Shown: positions 51,850-63,076 of the stretch, in pieces
Numbering within the stretch: the stretch's first letter is position 1
Layout of the letters: every line of letters begins with the position of its first letter
Assembly (NCBI RefSeq): GCF_002113885.1
Contig: NW_018406643.1
Span: 66,378-130,377, forward strand
Direction: 5' to 3'
Length of the DNA: 64,000 bases
DNA from: Mizuhopecten yessoensis
Taxonomy: Eukaryota
Position numbers and translations under genes: made by a program
Notes under the pieces: generated by a model
What the model was told of the DNA's origin: nothing
Database searches by the model: none
The model's input: only the letters and a program-made list of their open reading frames with translations

Positions 51850-52050
51850 CAAATTGTTTCAAGTTTTAACTTGTATAAATCAATTTTATTGGCCCGGATT
51901 TTAGTGCACAGGGGATCTTAAAGTGGGAGGAAACCGGGGTACCCGGAGAAAACCCACGTACCGCCTACCTTTTCACGTCCGATCGGGGAATCGAACCCCA
52001 GTCGCCTTGGTGAAAGGCAAGTGCGCTATCCACTGCGCCACCAGACCACC
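51850..52050 (-). mobile_element. tRNA-derived SINE with V-domain-like core, copy 3
   Basis: Minus strand ggtggtctggtggcgcagtggatagcg (A box), gggttcgattcccc (B box), cgtgggttttctccgggtaccccggtttcctcccac core. Confidence 0.82.
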
Positions 52051-53730
52051 CGAAAAATTAAATTATCCTATCATCAAAAGACATAGTCATCATGACCGTA
52101 GCTCTTGCCAAATACAAAAACTCTTACTTGAAGATTAAAACAGGCAAATCAAATCTTCTCTCAACCTCGCCGCTATGGAATCACGATCGACTTTCGCCTT
52201 AAATAATACATGGGTGCTTCAGAAATATGAACCGCTCATTTGGGTTATATGTAGAATAACCATGCATTCTTACAGATGATCGATAAGTTCGCGTGGTATT
52301 GATATTTTACAATTGATGTAACACTACGATTATTAATGGGTCTCTGGTGTTTATACTTTATCAAATTTTTAATAAATTTAGTTTCAAGTTAGATATTTTG
52401 TATTCGGTATTATGATAATCCTAATGTAACAATGAAAGCAATGTTGAACCTAAAATCGAACTTGTATTCTGTGATGTCAATATAAGTATCACACTCTAGA
52501 ACAATCTTTCTTCAAAGTAACATCAGCTTTGAACTAGCATTGTGAACCATTTATTTGGAGATTCCGGCAACACTGAAAATCGATCTGATGTTCTCGGTAT
52601 ATTTCGGAATTGGAAGACGTGCTTGCCGGAAAGGCCCGAAAATATCCGATTGTACTGAATTACCTTCGTGTTTGCTGATTGGATTATAAGTTTGAGTACC
52701 CTCACAGATCAATATCGGCTAATAACTTCTAAATGTATTCGTTATGAGTTATGTAAAACAAAATCCGCCGTTGTGTACATGTCCTGGTACAAACATGCTG
52801 ATCCAAGAGATCGCGTTGTACGCTTGCGCTGGATGAATGTTGTCATGGCGACAGGACAATGCTTAGTGTTTCATTTCAATATATTTGCTACCGAAAAGAA
52901 ATGTGTTGCTCAAAGGAGATTTAAAATCTTGTAAACACTGTAAACATACCCTTTATCATTACCAAAAAAATCTTTAATCGTATTATGAATTGATAGCTTT
53001 CATCAACAATATGGCTTTCCGAGGTAGAACGATTTGAAAAGAGAGACGTGTTGACAATGTTCAAATATTAATGATGGCTGTTCCTGCGAGGGATACATCA
53101 AACACGATATTGCGGGGTGAGAAATGTAAAGGGTATAGAATATCGCCGTACCGTTATGTAGTATGACAGGTTGGGATTGTAGATGATATTTGACCCGCCT
53201 ACATCTTAACTCCCCACATACACATACAATATAAATAGCAATTGTATGGTACTTACTATTTAACTATCCGTATACATTTACAACAATAGACACTTTCGGA
53301 TTGGCTTGGCTGTTTCCCTTGACATTAATCCAAATTTAGCTTTAAGTCGTTATGGAATGGTAAGACTTGGAATTAGAAGTACACAGTGGCCGGACAGTGT
53401 TATATATACACGAAGCCTCGTAGATCGATGTATATGACGGGTGGCAGGCAAACAAGGCATTAGAGAAGGCCTGGAAAACACTTAACCAAATATTGAACAT
53501 TTCTCGGTTGGAATACGTACGTCAACACCAGTGGTAGGCCTCGTGACGACCAGGTTTGATGACAGCTTATCAAACTTTAATTTACGTTTCGGTGTGAGGA
53601 CCGACAAGATATTTCACGGATTACGCTGAACACGTGAGGTGTGTCAGGAAAAAAGAGATGATGCATCTTATAAAGTGAATTTCTTCAAAAGTGCTTGGAT
53701 TTACTAATTGTTAAAGCAAAATTTGACAAA

Positions 53731-54318
53731 ATGTCGCGCAACGGATACACGCGTACGTCCAGACAGAACAGTGTCCGTTCACAAAATCGGAATCACTATC
53801 TTTCGGACGGATATACGGACGACGATCGTCGTTACGTCATCCGTGATGACGTCATGACGGACAAGGAGGCGTGGGTAGAGGATTACGTGTACGGCCGGTC
53901 CAGAGGGAGCACGCGCCGACCCCAGTCCGCGGTGGTGGCTTCAACGGGACGATATCGGCCTCGGTCCCCGGGACTCGTCGAGGTGGGGCGATATGAAAAG
54001 GATGGGAAAGTTTACTGTGATTACCGGATGTCGGACGAAAATTACTCAGAACCTGTCGTTATAAGACGTAAGCCCGCCCCTCCACCCAAGCCTAAAGTAC
54101 GCCATGTCGGGGTACAGATGACAACGAATTACACTGCCCCTCCCCCTAAGAAGGTCTCAACCCGGAATGCATACACTCAGACCAGAGTAGCCACGCGCCA
54201 AGCTTACACGCAAAGTAGGCCCCCGAAGACCCCTAAAAGCAAGGAACCTGTCCCCATTGTGGTGATTCCGGCCCCTTCACCACCACGGACTCCATCACCC
54301 CCTCCCCCCAAAATAGCG
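53731..54318 (+). CDS. Cluster gene G exon 1 (196 codons); ~289 aa spliced
   Basis: ATG context caaaATGT; shares LVE.....[DG].KVY..YR and R[NH]VGVQMTT with gene F; ends PPPPKIA at donor GCG|gtaagt, phase 0. Confidence 0.85.
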
Positions 54319-55218
54319 GTAAGTTGACCCCATTAACCTCAAAAACCGTTAACGTAAAAATAGTCGAATCAATCCGCGTACGTTTGATAAATAGTTACAT
54401 TTGTATGTTATCTTTTAACAGCTCATCTTTGTAATAATCAACCAGCTTCTGGGAATGTGTTTTGCTGTGAACGGGCGAGGACGGAAATAAATTCAAATAT
54501 CATTTTTGCTGTTTTTTGTTTGGGAGGGTGTACATATGGAATACTTTAGTACATGGACGTATATACAGATCTTCTTCGCTCAGTATCACTCAAGTTAGGC
54601 ACTATTTCCGGAAAAAAGGAATGTTTGTTGTATTCGTATTTGATAGATAGTGTGTCGCAGAAAAGTGGTGGCGAAACTGCACACAATAATTATAATTTGT
54701 TTATTATTGGAAGCATGTGTTTATTGATTAAGGGATGAATCGCGTTGCCAGACTGACATGATACCTGTATCCATGTGTACTTAATCAGTGATCCGTATCG
54801 TCACGCCTGTATGCGTATATACCTATATCGATCCGCTAATATTAAAGCCGGGTTACTGAGGCTGATACGGAACGGTGTTCACAAGCATCTGTCAACACGC
54901 CAGATCGCCAATCAATACAGCTACATCCGTATTGAAATTAGCAACTTGTAACGGGATAGATATTGCTTACACCTGTTATTAAGGCATGGAATGTGTGACG
55001 ATTCGCTCGAAACGGCTTAAGGGTATATGCTATCTAACAATGATATGTATCGCCTTCACACAAGAGTTAAACATACAAAATAATATTTTGGAACATATTT
55101 CCTGTAGTTTCTACTTGCAATGTGTATATCGAGACAAGTATTTGTAGAATATCCTAATGTGGTTGGGTCTAGAATCACTGGACGTGTTTTGTGATGATTC
55201 TGCTTTGTTGCATCCCAC

Positions 55219-55772
55219 GACATGTCGTAGTAGGCGACTTACGTGGGGTCCTCACTACATGTCGTGGGAAGCGACTTACGTGGGGTCCTCACTACATGTC
55301 GTAGGAGGCGACTTACGTGGGGTCCTCACTACATGTCGTGGGAGGCGACTTACGTGGGGTCACCGCTACATGTCGTAGTAGGCGACTTACGTGGGGTCAC
55401 CACTACATGTCGTGGGAGGCGACTTACGTGGGGTCCTCACTACATGTCGTGGGAAGCGACTTACGTGGGGTCACCGCTACATGTCGTAGTAGGCGACTTA
55501 CGTGGGGTCACCACTACATGTCGTGGGAGGCGACTTACGTGGGGATCACCACTACATGTCGTAGGAGGCGACTTACGTGGGGGTCACCACTACATGTCGT
55601 AGGAGGCGACTTACGTGGGGTCCTCACTACATGTCGTAGGAGGCGACTTACGTGGGGTCGTCACTACATGTCGTAGGAGGCGACTTACGTGGGGTCCTCA
55701 CTAAATGTCGTAGGAGGCGACTTACGTGGGGTCCTCACTACATGTCGTAGGAGGCGACTTACGTGGGGTCAC
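55219..55772. repeat. 37-bp GC-rich minisatellite, ~15 copies (intron of gene G)
   Basis: Unit acatgtcgtaggaggcgacttacgtggggtcctcact, head-to-tail with no spacers. Confidence 0.96.
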
Positions 55773-55997
55773 CTGCGGAACTGGGGGTTTACTTTTATGT
55801 CTTCTGTTAGGGGAACATTGAATAAACAAAAACATTATCCACTGCCCCCATCGCAACATTTTGAATCTTTCTTTCTTTTTCTCTCACTTCCCTACCGAGT
55901 AATCTTTCATTTTGGAGGTGTCTCCCTAAGTACCCTTCTTCGTATGACCTTGGCTGTTTCAAGGACGTTTAACCTCAAACAAACAAAAAACAATTAT

Positions 55998-56475
55998 TTT
56001 GACCAACCGCTAGATTCTGCATGAGTTGACCAACCGCTAGATTCTGAATGAGTTGGCCAACCGCTAGATTCTGCTTTGAGCTGATCAACCGCTAGATTCT
56101 GAATGAGTTGGCCAACCGCTAGATTCTGCATGAGTTGACCAACCGCTAAATTCTCCTTGAGTTGACCAACCGCTAGATTCTCCATGAGTTGGCCAACCGC
56201 TAGATTCTGCTTTGAGCTGACCAACCGCTGGCTTTTGTTTTGATTTGACCACCAACTGAAAAATTCTGCTTTGAGTTGACCAACGACTTACTTCTGTTTT
56301 GAGTTCACCAACTGCAAATTCTGCTGCGAGTTGACCATTCGCTAGCTTCAGCTTTGACCTACAGCTACATTTTCTGCTTTTCACAAACAGCAAGCTTTTC
56401 CTTTTGACCGATTGCTAGTCATTGCTTCTGGTCAATTGCTAGTTTCTGCTTTAGACCAACTGCTAGCTTCAGCTT
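55998..56475. repeat. 27-bp minisatellite decaying 5' to 3'
   Basis: Unit gttgaccaaccgctagattctgcatga; ~9 well-conserved copies, then degenerate. Confidence 0.9.
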
Positions 56476-59400
56476 TTTACCTTAAATGTCATCTAAACAA
56501 TGTTACAGTCAACGATTTGTAGTTCTATATATTAAGTACGTGAGATTTTTTTGTGCCGAAAGGTTAAAGTGTACCTCTGGCTCGGACGGAATTTTCCTCG
56601 TCAAACATTCTGATTGGTTGAAATATAGGTGGCGAAGAAATGACCTAATAAGGGGATTAATATTAATACGGACAAGAGCCAAGTTGACGTATTGTAAATT
56701 AGTTGTTGGCTAGATGCTATCAGAAAGCTACTTACATTATCGAATGTATACCCGTTATATCCACTTTAACCAGAAACCTACCATACAATCTCTGTTTCAA
56801 ATTGATATGCAAATTATAGAATGTAACTATGGAAGTGAACTCTCCAAACTTAACAAAATTATCGATATTAATCTGCTGATTTGTATATATAAGCATGTTT
56901 CTTTTTATCTTTTATTATAATCTATCTCTATCATTCTGGAACAGAAAAGTGAAGACCAGAAAATATGTGGAGATGGTCTTGAACATATTTTGCGTGAAAT
57001 GACATCAATATTTGCCGTTAAAACTTTGTTGTCTGTTCGTCTTAATACATTGTGTTTTGATCGGCATTGCTAAAATAATCATCAATAAAGCTTGTCACCA
57101 CAAAAAATACATACATCTCGAATAAACACACAAATAAAATCCCATTCTGTAGAACAGAACGCCCTAGCATGACTTCTGATGTAGGAGAACAACATTTAAA
57201 AGCTGTTCTGTAACTGGCTAGCTTCACGACATTTCAACACAAAATGTCTATATGGAATATTTCTTGTCAAATAAAATACCGCACTTCAAAATAAAAATTG
57301 ATATTGAAGCACAGCTTTCCTAAGACTAAAACTAATGTTTACGTGTATCTGTTAATGCATGTTTTGAAAATTATTTTGATATGAAACTAAGAAGGCTTTG
57401 AAGAATTAAAAAAAAAAACCGGTTTATTTTTTCAATAAATTTTGGAGATCGAGTTCGGCTACAATTTTACAATTTACAATGCAACATGCGAAACAACATT
57501 TATTAGATAACGCCGTTTACCAAACAATCTCATTGGTTGAAACATCATCACGTGCAGGTCGGTGATTTGTGATATTAACTCGGTGTTTATTTTTTTGGAA
57601 ACATCAGGTAGTTATTCTCTTATGATGTCACTTCAATAATAACGTTACGTTGTTCTCAGCAGTACTTTTCTTTTGACAATTTTCTAACGCTTCACCTTAA
57701 AATAAATCTTAATTTCATATCTGATATAACAATTAAGGACCAGTAAATATGTGGTTAAACGGATCTGAAAAAGTTATATTAACCTCGAACTTAGTCTCGG
57801 TTAACATCGCTTTCTCATGTTTATATAACCATATATTCACCTCAATAACAGTCCGTAGTTGATCAACACAATTAAAATACATACTATTTGATGGGGTTGG
57901 AGAGTCAGTAATTGGGCCCTTCTAGCATAAGGTTAATGTTTTACAAATTATATTTGGAACTTTAAAGAGCAATTATTTTACAAAAAAATGTAGGCTAGCC
58001 ACGGACTCCATGTGAAGAACCTATTAGGTTTCAGTCAGAGAGAATCATTTCGATTTATTTATTGAAAACTTTCTTGAGTCCATGACGTTACCTGTATTGG
58101 GTTTGAACTTCACAGGGACTAGGCGCATATATACCACATAGTATAACACTGTCTTATGCACGAAATGTATTTATATAAGCAATGTGTCGGGTCCCTATGG
58201 TTGTCGTGAATTCCTAAGTGCTTGTGGGTGGATCTGAAGTGTTGAAATATGAAATCAATATGTTTGCAGTAACAACGTGTAAAATCAAAGATAGCCGAAA
58301 AGGTCCTTTAAATGACATACGACCGTAGAATTCGATTATTTGTTTTTAGTCATGGTGTTTAAAAAGTTGTAATTTCAAATATTGTCTGTGTGAGCAATTC
58401 ACATTTGGAACCCGATCGTAGCCGATATTTAAATTCCTTATTATTTTACAGTGTTACAGTTAAACTTCGTGGGTTTCACACGGTTCCTTTGTTTTACATC
58501 GAGTCGAGACATGTTTAAATCGGTTTACAATGTTCCTTGTTTCTCTGTATTGATTTTTCTTTCCCCCTTTTTTGTTTGATAATGATTTTGGTTTTTACAA
58601 TTGATATTTTAAGGCCGATCTTTTAAACTTACAAATGTTCATTTGTAAGATATAGCTTTGATACTATATTTAATCAATGCTGTCTGTTTTATGTCAATTT
58701 GATCATTTACAAAAAAACAAAAAGAAATCCAATTAATTACTTTTTGGATACAGTCAGGCTGTTTCAATCTATTAAAAAAAAATCAACTAAATAAATTAAC
58801 TTTTTCAATATTCATGGTGGTATTTCTTATTGGTTCAGAAGTAAAACGATTTCGGGGGGAAATGATTTAAGATGGTGCAATTTCAATCCGCTTTATCTGG
58901 ATTTTATTACTATTCAACCTCATGGAATTCTTGAGAAAATCACCGACACGGTTAATATCTAGAAATAAATCAAAGCTAACTAGCCGCAGTATAGGACGTT
59001 CGACAAAGTTGCACCCCAGTGCTCTATTGCACATCTTGTGGGATATCTAAACAAGTTTTTGAAAGAATTGTATAGATATTGAATGTTTCGGGGCACCCCG
59101 AGGTAAAAGTATTGATTTTCCTCGTCAAATTCAGTTTTATTTGTTTGTATGTGAAATAAAAATTAATAAAAAGAAATTGGCAAGCCGCCACTGTTCAACC
59201 AAAAAATGCATCTGCACTAAGAACGGTTAGAACATAAAAGCCAGAATGACAGAGGTCCGCGTACCTGTACTTTTTACCTATATATATATATGTATTTACA
59301 GTTCAAACATCACAGATGTTAACACGAAAAAGGTTAGTCGATTTTCTTTCAAAATCGAAATCTACATCCTAAGTCTGTTACGTACGATGAGCTCAGAATT

Positions 59401-60062
59401 CCCCGATACGGAGTGTTCTGCATAGAAAATATTGCATCTTATGTTTCAGAGTTAAAAATATAATCTACTTACCGAATGTAGACCTAGACCAATTTTTCAA
59501 AAAGAATGGTTAGCTTAATGAGGAAACATATAAATGATTTATTTCTCTATTGTCCTCGAGTATACATATTCATGGATTATGTTTTCTAATGACTTGAAAT
59601 GTTCTTTTTTACGCTTTTGGAAATATCATTGATGTCAATTAATTGTCCATTTGTCATTTAGAAACCAAGAAGGGCAACAACTATGCACTGTCGTTGAGTA
59701 AAAGTTAACAATACAATTTTATTTAAAGTGTTCGCGATCCTCACCGGTGAGATATGTACATGTACCATTAAGCTAATATAGATTAGAAATTTGTGTAATG
59801 GAAAATGTACGCATGATTGACAGTTTACAAAGTGTATTGGATTATGATTGAACTACATAGATACATACAAACAGTTGTTATGGGTATGTATATACAAGTA
59901 ATTACACCTGGAATTACTGATCCTGTTAAGGATGTGTGCTACCTAAAGTTCAAATCGTGCACGAGCTATCTCCCTTGATATATTTAACGTTTACCATTCA
60001 GAATTGTAATCGCGATGGACTAGTTCAGAAAGTCTCGTTGGACTGGATATTCAATCACGTTA

Positions 60063-60971
60063 GTGTGGTGGCTGATTTCGGCCATCTCGGGTTGTCGCAT
60101 TAGCGGGGGCGACAACGCGACAATGCGACAGACAAAAGATACCACGCCAACGCGACAAAATTAAGGCGACAACGCTAAAGAAAAAATCTGCCGCCTTGTT
60201 GGTGGTGGGGTACACTGCCGCCTTGTTGGTGGTGGGGTACACTGCCGCCTTGTTGGTGGTGGGGTACACTGCCGCCTTGTTGGTGGTGGGGTACACTGCC
60301 GCCTTGTTGGTGGTGGGGTACACTGCCGCCTTGTTGGTGGTGGGGTACACTGCCGCCTTGTTGGTGGTGGGGTACACTGCCGCCTTGTTGGTGGTGGGGT
60401 ACACTGCCGCCTTGTTGGTGGTGGGGTACACTGCCGCCTTGTTGGTGGTGGGGTACACTGCCGCCTTGTTGGTGGTGGGGTACACTGCCGCCTTGTTGGT
60501 GGTGGGGTACACTGCCGCCTTGTTGGTGGTGGGGTACACTGCCGCCTTGTTGGTGGTGGGGTACACTGCCGCCTTGTTGGTGGTGGGGTACACTGCCGCC
60601 TTGTTGGTGGTGGGGTACACTGCCGCCTTGTTGGTGGTGGGGTACACTGCCGCCTTGTTGGTGGTGGGGTACACTGCCGCCTTGTTGGTGGTGGGGTACA
60701 CTGCCGCCTTGTTGGTGGTGGGGTACACTGCCGCCTTGTTGGTGGTGGGGTACACTGCCGCCTTGTTGGTGGTGGGGTACACTGCCGCCTTGTTGGTGGT
60801 TGGGTACACTGCCGCCTTGTTGGTGGTGGGGTACACTGCCGCCTTGTTGGTGGGGTACACTGCCGCCTTGTTGGTAGTGGGGTACAGTGTCGCATTGACG
60901 CGTTCATTTTGTTGCCTTGTTGCGTTGGCGGGAAGGCGACAACGCGCGATGGCCGAAATCAGCCACCATAC
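60063..60971. mobile_element. Non-autonomous TIR element carrying an internal 27-bp minisatellite
   Basis: ~36-bp TIRs gtgtggtggctgatttcggccatctcgggttgtcgc / gcgacaacgcgcgatggccgaaatcagccaccatac; gtta on both sides (4-bp TSD). Confidence 0.85.
60188..60886. repeat. 27-bp minisatellite, ~26 almost perfect copies
   Basis: Unit cactgccgccttgttggtggtggggta. Confidence 0.98.
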
Positions 60972-61203
60972 GTTAAAGTGGATATTTTTCTTTGTATACA
61001 TTTGACCTGTATCTCGTTGTCTCCGCGAGCAGCTCAATATTTTGTAATCCAAAAGACACAGAGATTAGAAACTTAGCCTACCTGCCCTTGTATTCTAGAT
61101 TCTCCACCTGATAATTCTTCACAATACAGAAGCTTAGTGGGGATTAGACGCATTAAATGATGTCCATATCTCACGATCCTAAATATTGACTTTTCTATTG
61201 CAG

Positions 61204-61485
61204 GAACCACAGTACATATACGTGCCCAAGACCCGTCCAAAGCCGGTTGTCGTACATACCGAACACACCGGACGCGCAGGGTACTTGGTGTCCCAAAGGA
61301 GAAAGTCCTTGACGAGTTCCATGCCACTCAGGGTCATTGAGTACGATAACAACAGGAGTCTTAGGGACAAATATATTTACGTCCGGCCAAGGAGTGCAGT
61401 CGGACGCAGCAAACGGTCATTTGTACCTATGGGATACGAAATGTACATGGAGCGACCATACACAATACCTGATTATCCAAGATGA
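61204..61485 (+). CDS. Cluster gene G exon 2 (terminal)
   Basis: Acceptor gacttttctattgcag|GAA, phase 0; EPQYIYVPK...SMPLRVIEYDNNRSLRDKYIYVRPRSA...VPMGYEMYMER matches F exon 2 (IPVKVYE...KFLFIKSR...VPIAYKMYREK); AATAAA at 61600-61605. Confidence 0.8.
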   Translation, partial: EPQYIYVPKTRPKPVVVHTEHTGRAGYLVSQRRKSLTSSMPLRVIEYDNNRSLRDKYIYVRPRSAVGRSKRSFVPMGYEMYMERPYTIPDYPR

Positions 61486-63076
61486 ATGTTTTAATAGTCT
61501 AGAGTTACCCTCTTCGCTGCTTTTCTCTCCGCTATGTGGTGTAGTGTAAAGGAGACACCTAGCGATGTATGCAATTAAGTATCTGCCTCAAAAACTATCA
61601 ATAAACCTTTCGCTTAAGCATTCGATCTTTGGACGTCACATGGTATTGTAAACCGTGCGCATGATCGGGAATTGTGTTAAAACTTAGTCACGTGATCATT
61701 AGTTACGCATATATGATCATTAAAACGTAGATCTGCATGTAGAACATATTTAATAACCTAACAATTTTAAAGCTGGTGAATTTCATTGAATCATGGGAAA
61801 TATTTGTGACATACGTATATAGATAGTGGGATAGAATGTTTTGTTTTGTATGACTGTGATTTATCTTTGCATGGCCTTCACAAACATTTAACTAATCTGA
61901 GTTGTGAAACTATAGAAATGAGAAAATTGTGGTAAAATTAGTGCCTTGCACATTGCCTCTTGGCCAAGCTAAACAGCTGTGATATCTTCTTATGTAAACC
62001 AAGCAACAAAGCGGAGAATCTCGACAGAATCGGTACACGCGGAGGAATAACACCTGTACAGAATAGAACATTAATTGCAATTTGCAACAGAATCTCGTTA
62101 TTTAGGACAAATCTGCTTCCGGTACAATAAAAGTCAGGACGATGAATTATCTTGGTGATTGACTTTAATTGATACCCATTTCCAGAAGTGGCTGTTCAAA
62201 ATATAAGAACTAGGAAGCTGATTTTCTTTTATATTACTAAAGTTCGTATTAACGAAAATCCGATTTACAGTTCTTTACTGTCATCGATTACATTTTTTCG
62301 CTTTAATTTCTTAGGCGAGCAAATAAAAACTTGTTCACGTCGGTTTTATTACTGTTCTGATTCAGATTTCGTGAAAACATGGATTCGCAAAATTGGAAAC
62401 AATATGATTTATCATACATAGAAGCAACCATTTTAAAACAAGTTTCTTTGTCGAGCTCAACTAAGCTTAATGCTAGAAAGATGTTAGATATATAGTCTGT
62501 GCTATTAATCAGTATTATATTATATGTGTATAGCATGTTTGATTTTTGTTTATATATTTGTATATCAAAAGAAATACATTTCTCATTGAAATCCGTCTCA
62601 ATTTTGTATGTAAAAGGAGGGAAGGAGGGAAGGAGGGAGAGGTGTTTTGCAGATAACCGCTTGGACGGATAGAACAAAGCAGAAAGCATTTTTTATTTAT
62701 CGGATAACCTCAAAACTTGCGTTAAATGATCTTAATCCTAGCGGGCCTCATCTTGGGGGCAATCACAATCACCAGCAAAACAAAAAGCTTCGCTGTTCGT
62801 ACGACAGGATATCATTCCTAGGGCTGTCACAATATATCGAAAAACAGGTATATCGCAATACACGGGTATATTGTATTGTACCACAATACAGAGATAAAAT
62901 ATTGCTGTTTCACAATATTTAAAAAAAAGCAAGCTGATTTTTATGTATCTCATTCTGCTTGGTAATTTAACTTTGCAAGTTACTACAAATTCTAACAGAT
63001 ATGCCAATAAGCATGAAACAGGCTTTAAATAGTGGTGGGAATTAGTTCAAATTTTGTAATTGATGGTTGGTTTGAC

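Noticed and set aside
51990-52050. tRNA gene candidates (also 17550-17622, 29561-29642, 45099-45160)
   Set aside because: A/B boxes present but they continue into SINE body sequence and do not close a cloverleaf.
55157-56024. 37-bp repeat array as CRISPR, and its overlapping ORFs
   Set aside because: Units are head-to-tail with no unique spacers, there are no cas genes, and the context is eukaryotic; the ORFs are repeat translations.
60060-61052. Long ORFs (330, 248, 269 aa) with YPTTNKAAV / TRRQCTPPP / LLVVGYTAA repeats
   Set aside because: By-products of a stop-free 27-bp array inside a TIR element; open on both strands, no splice context.
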